Shown: piece after piece, positions 58,997-64,000 of the stretch | How positions within the stretch are numbered: position 1 is the stretch's first letter | Layout: every line of letters begins with the position of its first letter | Source: Methanocellales archaeon | GTDB lineage: Archaea; Halobacteriota; JAWCLZ01 | DNA: 64,000 nt | NCBI GenBank assembly: GCA_038850275.1 | Contig: JAWCLZ010000002.1 | Coordinates: 38,993 to 102,992, forward strand | Direction of reading: 5' to 3' | Position numbers and translations under genes: made by a program | The notes under the pieces: model-generated | Told to the model about the DNA's origin: nothing | Databases searched by the model: none | Seen by the model: only the letters and a program-made list of their open reading frames with translations

Positions 58997-60181
58997 GTGG
59001 CTCTCTGTCCAGTTTGCTCTTGCCTATGTGATGATATTGAAGTTGTGAAAAGTGCTAACAATATAGAAAGCTTGAGCAACGCGTGTAGAAGAGGCACAGC
59101 TTACTTCTTAAACTTCAACGTTGATCGCCTAGAGCCAAGTATAGATGGTAAAAAAGTGGAGGTTGAGGAGAGCATAAAAAGTGCAATTACGCTGCTTAAA
59201 AATTCTAGAAAGGTATTGATCTATGGCCTAGCAAATGTAGATGATGAAGCGCAGAAAATAGCTTTTGAAATAGCAGATAAAATCCCCTCAATTCTAGGAG
59301 ATTCCTCTGTTTATAGCTTTCTTGTCAAAAAGATTTTAGCACGCGAGATAAAAACTAATACCCTTGACTATGTGAGAGACCACGCGGATACAATTATCTA
59401 TTGGGGCTCAGACCCAAGTAATTCCCACCCTCGCCATCTCTCGCGATATACCTATTATCCCAGAGGTAAATATAGACAGCGCGGTTGGGAGGAGGATAGA
59501 TATTTAATTGGCATTGATGTTAGGGATTCCTCAACTTCTAAGATGTTCAAAAAATTTTTAAAGATCAAGCCAAGTGAAGATGTGGATTTGATAAAAGCAT
59601 TGATAATCTCCCTCAGCGGTAAAATTCCAAATACCACTTTAGATAAAAAAACAATTTTAGAGCTCACTAGCCAGCTTAAAAAAGCAAAACATGGCGTGAT
59701 CTGCGCTGGATTTGGACTAGCGCAAGCGATATATAATAATCTCGAGCTCTTTAAGGAACTCCTTGCTAAGCTCAATGAAATTGGAGAATACATTGTAATT
59801 CCAATGCTCGAAGGAGCCAATGCCTTTGGATTTGAAAAGCTGATGTATGAGAAAAAAATTGACTCCACACTTGAGCAACTCCATAGGGCAATTTTAAATA
59901 GCGAAGTAGACCTAGCGCTTATCATAAAGTCAGACCCAGTTTCAGAACTGCCCAATCCTCTTCAAAAAGCTCTCTTAAAGATCCCCTTGATTGCAATTGA
60001 CTCCCGTAGGACTCTCACTTCAAGCAAGGCAAAGATTACAATACCAAGTGCAGCTGCAAGCATAGAGTTCAGCTGCTCCCTATATAGAATGGATGGAGTT
60101 ATGGTAAGAGGCGAAAAACTATTAGACTCTAGAGCAATGAGTGACGCAGAGGTCTTGAGAAGATTAAGAGAAGGGATTTAA
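58997..60181 (+). CDS. fwdB: Formylmethanofuran dehydrogenase subunit B-like protein (divergent active site)
   Basis: CPVCSCLCDD...NACRRG; TL..VRDHAD.IIYWGSDP..SHPRHLSR; YRMDGV. Confidence 0.82.
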   Translation: MALCPVCSCLCDDIEVVKSANNIESLSNACRRGTAYFLNFNVDRLEPSIDGKKVEVEESIKSAITLLKNSRKVLIYGLANVDDEAQKIAFEIADKIPSILGDSSVYSFLVKKILAREIKTNTLDYVRDHADTIIYWGSDPSNSHPRHLSRYTYYPRGKYRQRGWEEDRYLIGIDVRDSSTSKMFKKFLKIKPSEDVDLIKALIISLSGKIPNTTLDKKTILELTSQLKKAKHGVICAGFGLAQAIYNNLELFKELLAKLNEIGEYIVIPMLEGANAFGFEKLMYEKKIDSTLEQLHRAILNSEVDLALIIKSDPVSELPNPLQKALLKIPLIAIDSRRTLTSSKAKITIPSAAASIEFSCSLYRMDGVMVRGEKLLDSRAMSDAEVLRRLREGI

Positions 60182-60182
60182 C

Positions 60183-60575
60183 ATGCCAATTAGCGAGTTC
60201 TTAATACACCCGGAGCATGAATTAACTCTTATTTTATATAGAGATATCTTCGTGGATGAAGCCATGCTTAAGAATAGATTCTCAAGCGAGCTTAAGCAAG
60301 CAGCGGCGTTTATTAGGCTTGATGAAGTGGATATTAAAAAAATTGGATTGAGGGAAGGCGGCAATGCAAGGATAAGTGGTTCTTCAAAAACCATTGTTGC
60401 GAGGGTGATAAAGGATCAAAAGCCCCATCAAGGATATGCATATATGCCCCTGAGTCCATGGTCAAACTCACTCTTGCACTTCGATGGCAAAAATTTAGCA
60501 GCCACGCGCGTGGCAAAGGTAAAAATATCCTACACCACGCTGCCTGTGACTGAGCTCAAAGAACTGCTAAGTTAA
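60183..60575 (+). CDS. fwdD: Formylmethanofuran dehydrogenase subunit D-like (molybdopterin dinucleotide-binding domain)
   Basis: D..K.GL..G..., GYAYMP.SPWSN; follows fwdB. Confidence 0.75.
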   Translation: MPISEFLIHPEHELTLILYRDIFVDEAMLKNRFSSELKQAAAFIRLDEVDIKKIGLREGGNARISGSSKTIVARVIKDQKPHQGYAYMPLSPWSNSLLHFDGKNLAATRVAKVKISYTTLPVTELKELLS

Positions 60576-60614
60576 ATTTTAGTTTTATATATTTCAAAAA
60601 CAAATTATTAGATA

Positions 60615-61742
60615 ATGAGGATATTTACCCAGTTAAGACCAGCGAAATGTGCGCTTTGTGGTGAGAGCTCGCTATTTATATCTGAGTTCTTAGGTGTTTG
60701 TGGTAACTGCATTAAAACTAAGTGGGATGAAAGCTTGCTCTATATTAAGAGGGCTCATAAAATAAGTAGAGAGCGATTCAACCTCCCCCTTGAGCCTCCG
60801 AGTAATGGGGTTAGCTGTGATTTCTGCGTTAATAAATGCAAGATTCCACTAGGTGGAGTGGGATACTGCGGCTTAAGGATGAATGAAGGAGGAAGGCTAA
60901 AGCACATAGCTGGCACACCGGAAATTGGAATACTGGAGTGGTATTACGATCCCCTTCCCACGAATTGCGTGGCAAATGAAATTTGCCCTGGATGTGCGGG
61001 CACTGGATATCCTAAGTATTCCTATTCGCAATATAAACCAGAATATGGCTATAAAAACCTCGCTGTATTCTACGGCGCTTGTACATTTAACTGCTTATTC
61101 TGCCAAAACTGGCATTATCGCTATCTCACTAATAAACGCGCACCTAGTTATTCAGCTAGAGAACTAGCAAGCAAGGTCGATCCTTTTACTTCTTGCATTT
61201 GCTACTTCGGTGGAGATCCAACGCCTCAACTTCCCCACGCTATTCAAACATCTAAAATAGCTCTTGAGGAAAACAAGAATAAAATCCTTCGAATTTGCTT
61301 TGAATCAAATGGTAGTATGTCGCGGTCTCTCTGCAAGCAAATCGCTGAGCTCTCGCTTACAAGTGGGGGTAATATAAAGTTTGATCTTAAAAGCTATGAT
61401 GAACATTTGAACATCGCTCTATGTGGAGTTACCAACAAGCAAACTCTTGAGAATTTCCAATACCTTGCTGAATTTGGTAAGCAGCGCAGGGAGCCAAGGT
61501 TTTTAACCGCGAGTACATTATTGATACCTGGCTATATTGATGCAAGCGAGGTTGAACAACTCGCGAAGTTCATAGCATCTCTAGACCCAGAGATACCTTA
61601 TTCTCTACTTGCTTTTTACCCTCAATTTTTCTTCACAAATCTCCCAACTACACCTAGGAAGCAAGCTGAGGAGTGCTTAGAAGTAGCGAGGAAAGCTGGG
61701 CTTAAAACTGTTTGGATAGGAAATATTCATCTACTTAGTTGA
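60615..61742 (+). CDS. PFL-activating-enzyme-like radical SAM protein (AmrS-related)
   Basis: YYDPLPTNC, CTFNCLFCQNW, CYFGGDP, KFDLK, IGNIHLL. Confidence 0.85.
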   Translation: MRIFTQLRPAKCALCGESSLFISEFLGVCGNCIKTKWDESLLYIKRAHKISRERFNLPLEPPSNGVSCDFCVNKCKIPLGGVGYCGLRMNEGGRLKHIAGTPEIGILEWYYDPLPTNCVANEICPGCAGTGYPKYSYSQYKPEYGYKNLAVFYGACTFNCLFCQNWHYRYLTNKRAPSYSARELASKVDPFTSCICYFGGDPTPQLPHAIQTSKIALEENKNKILRICFESNGSMSRSLCKQIAELSLTSGGNIKFDLKSYDEHLNIALCGVTNKQTLENFQYLAEFGKQRREPRFLTASTLLIPGYIDASEVEQLAKFIASLDPEIPYSLLAFYPQFFFTNLPTTPRKQAEECLEVARKAGLKTVWIGNIHLLS

Positions 61743-61765
61743 GAGATAAACAAAGAGGTGATTAA

Positions 61766-62680
61766 TTGGAGTCAGAGACCAAAAAATTGACTTACTCAGA
61801 CTATGTTGCTATCCTCGGAATGGGCTTTTTTCTTTTAATAGTGGAGTCCCTTGCATTATTTCTAGTGAGGCCTTTTCAAGAGAATAATATGCAGGTCTTT
61901 GAAGAACCAACGTCGATGTGGAATCCAGTTGCCTATATTTCAATAATCCTTTGCTTCACTATTTTCATATTAATAACCCTTCGATATGGGAAAAATTGGA
62001 TGATACAAGCTTTCATTGGATTCGCGGTGGTAACTACGCTTTTAATAATCTTCGATGTCTTCACCTCAAGATTACTTCCAAATACAATAGCTTTCCCTAT
62101 TGCTATTGCACTCACGGTTTCCTCAACTGTGCTTCTCTATAAATACCCAGAGTGGTATGTTGTAGATACCATTGGTGTAGTGATAGGTGCAGGTGCAGCA
62201 TCGCTATTTGGAATCTCCCTTGCAATAATCCCAACCATTGTTCTATTAATTACCCTCGCAGTTTACGATGCAATCTCAGTTTATAAAACCAAGCATATGA
62301 TTAAACTAGCTGAGGGGGTGCTTGCCCTTAAAATTCCAGTGTTACTCGTGATTCCTAAGAAGCGCAGTTTTTCCTATAGAAGACAAGCATCTCTAGGTAA
62401 AACTGGAGAGCGCGAGGCATATTTCATGGGCCTTGGGGATGCAGTTATACCTGCTATTTTAGTGGTATCAGCAAATGTTTTCATAGAAGAAGCCCCAGGG
62501 ATAATTGCAGCGATTAACTATCCAGCGCTTGGTGCAATGATTGGCTCGCTCATTGGTTTTTCAATGCTCATGACCTTCGTGGTCAAAGGCAAGCCTCAAG
62601 CTGGTTTGCCGTTGCTTAACACTGGTGCAATTTCAGGCTTCCTATTGGGGTGCTTTGCAAGTGGAATTATTCCCTTTTAA
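61766..62680 (+). CDS. Presenilin/SPP-family intramembrane aspartyl protease (PSH)
   Basis: AVYDAISV, MGLGD, QAGLP, multiple TM helices. Confidence 0.92.
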   Translation: MESETKKLTYSDYVAILGMGFFLLIVESLALFLVRPFQENNMQVFEEPTSMWNPVAYISIILCFTIFILITLRYGKNWMIQAFIGFAVVTTLLIIFDVFTSRLLPNTIAFPIAIALTVSSTVLLYKYPEWYVVDTIGVVIGAGAASLFGISLAIIPTIVLLITLAVYDAISVYKTKHMIKLAEGVLALKIPVLLVIPKKRSFSYRRQASLGKTGEREAYFMGLGDAVIPAILVVSANVFIEEAPGIIAAINYPALGAMIGSLIGFSMLMTFVVKGKPQAGLPLLNTGAISGFLLGCFASGIIPF

Positions 62681-62688
62681 GTTGATCA

Positions 62689-63651
62689 TTATATTTGGTT
62701 CGCCCTTTCTTGCTTTTGATTTATAAGCGCTGCTAATCTGCTTTTAACCTCCTCGATCCCTTCTCCAGTGAGGGAGGACATCTTGAGTTCAGCAATGCTT
62801 GGCGTTTTTTGAAGTAAATCAGCTTTATTTGCAACCACTAGCACTGGGACTGTGATGAGCTCTTTTAACTCAGTAAGGAGATTAAGCTGTGCCTCTAGGG
62901 TATAGCCGCAGGTTTCAGTGGGATCTATTATGAAGAGAATCACATCTCCCACGTGGCGAATGGCAGCTATCGCTTGTCTTTCAATTTGATTCCTCTGGCT
63001 AAGTGGGCGGTCAAGGAGGCCTGGGGTGTCTATTACTTGATAGCGTTTTTTGCCAATGTGAAAATGTCCAACCATTATTCCCTTAGTGGTGAAGGGATAC
63101 TCAGCTATCAATGGCTTAGCGCTACTTACTCGCGCTACAAAACTTGATTTACCTACATTTGCATAGCCAGCGACTACGATGGTTGGCTCATCAGATATAG
63201 TTGGTATTCTCCGTAGTTTTTCCCTAGCTTCCGATAGAAACTCTAACTCAGCTTTAATATCGCTTATAACTGAGGCCATCCTCCCAAATGCTTGCCTCCT
63301 GAGTTTGGATGCATCTTCGCTCTCTTTTATTAAACCAATGTATTTGCGGGATAATTCCTTTATCTTCTTGGAAGCCCAGTTTACATTACATAGCGATTTC
63401 TTCAGCTTGTCAACTCCAACTAGGATATCCGCAAGTTCTCTATAGAAATCAGGTAGCTTATCCAAGCTCGGGAATTTCCTCACAACTAGGGATAGATTAT
63501 CTGCGAGTATATTGCCAGCTGTTAATACACTTGCTCTCTCGGCATCACTTATAGAGGTTGAAATTTTTCCCTTCCTTGCTCTCGCTGCTCTTCTAAAAGC
63601 TTTATCTATGAGTTCTTGAGCAAGTGGTATACTTGGTATTTGCTTGAACAT
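62689..63651 (-). CDS. NOG1-family GTPase
   Basis: LIDKAFRRA, GYANVGKSS, YPFTT, DTPGLLDRP, NKAD. Confidence 0.93.
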   Translation of the reverse strand: MFKQIPSIPLAQELIDKAFRRAARARKGKISTSISDAERASVLTAGNILADNLSLVVRKFPSLDKLPDFYRELADILVGVDKLKKSLCNVNWASKKIKELSRKYIGLIKESEDASKLRRQAFGRMASVISDIKAELEFLSEAREKLRRIPTISDEPTIVVAGYANVGKSSFVARVSSAKPLIAEYPFTTKGIMVGHFHIGKKRYQVIDTPGLLDRPLSQRNQIERQAIAAIRHVGDVILFIIDPTETCGYTLEAQLNLLTELKELITVPVLVVANKADLLQKTPSIAELKMSSLTGEGIEEVKSRLAALINQKQERANQI

Positions 63652-63725
63652 ATTCCCTATTCTATCTCATTTCCATCAGAAAGAAGAAATTAACTTAAAA
63701 ATATATAAAAAATAATATAAAATAT

Positions 63726-64000
63726 TTACTTCTTCACATACAGCGTTCCTTTTCCATCTACTGATAAATCACCTGTGTACTTTAAATATTCTTTGCCATC
63801 TAAGATCTCTATGCCTTCAAATTTGAATGCAGGCAGCATTTCTAAGACTTTTCCCTCAATTCTAATTTTACCTCCCTTCATCTCTCCACCTGGAATTGTG
63901 GCATTGCCTTTTATTATTATCTCTCCACCACTCATGCTTAAACCAGCTAATATACCTGCGTTTCCATGGATTTCGATCTTACCCCCTGCCATTTTCTCGC
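63726..64000 (-). CDS. C-terminal part of a GXGXG beta-helix protein, FwdC-like (5' end outside the window)
   Basis: Repeated M.GG.I.I.GNA units and terminal Y.GDL...GKG.LY. Confidence 0.8.
   Translation of the reverse strand, partial: EKMAGGKIEIHGNAGILAGLSMSGGEIIIKGNATIPGGEMKGGKIRIEGKVLEMLPAFKFEGIEILDGKEYLKYTGDLSVDGKGTLYVKK

Noticed and set aside
58997..60181. Selenocysteine recoding in fwdB
   Set aside because: No in-frame TGA; the relevant codon is TAT
61766..62680. PSH protease as the prepilin peptidase for the pilin operon
   Set aside because: It is a GxGD protease, but the YD/GLGD/AGLP motifs and topology fit presenilin homologs rather than PibD/FlaK/EppA
308..63554. Numerous 60-170 aa ORFs antisense to or nested in long genes (e.g. 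308-532, 18174-18575, 50135-50320, 59455-59955)
   Set aside because: Shadow frames of well-supported genes or the tRNA, with no recognisable motifs
1..64000. Transposons, prophage, defence systems, rRNA, large ncRNAs
   Set aside because: No such ORFs recognised, and intergenic gaps are short and AT-rich; small ncRNAs cannot be excluded by eye

Overview
Gene-dense, AT-rich (roughly 38-40% GC by eye) chromosomal segment of an anaerobic archaeon. Lineage is probably Halobacteriota (Methanosarcinia/Syntropharchaeia-like; inferred from cofC/cofG/cofH, mptA, fwd-like genes, a PGF-CTERM protein and the purF-rpl37e-Sm/PUA gene order). It holds about 70 CDS and one tRNA-Pro(TGG). Most genes are housekeeping: replication (pcn, priL, two RPA systems), translation (gltX, pelA, rpl37e, bud32, DRG and NOG1 GTPases), cofactor synthesis, gluconeogenesis (fbp, tpiA) and alpha-glucan metabolism. 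I saw no transposase, integrase, CRISPR array or rRNA. Most notable: (1) a five-gene operon of class III signal-peptide (pilin-like) proteins after tRNA-Pro, including a 1394-aa adhesin whose vWA domain is split by about 790 aa of nested modules, with a PA14 lectin domain inserted inside another domain; (2) a Get3d-type ArsA-HSP20 ATPase coupled to a small helical protein ending in an sHSP-type IXI/V motif; (3) an fwdG-fwdB-fwdD module whose FwdB lacks the metal-ligating Cys-His; (4) two probable ATT start codons; (5) frequent short tandem duplications concentrated at gene boundaries. All annotations come from motif recognition by eye; no database searches were run.
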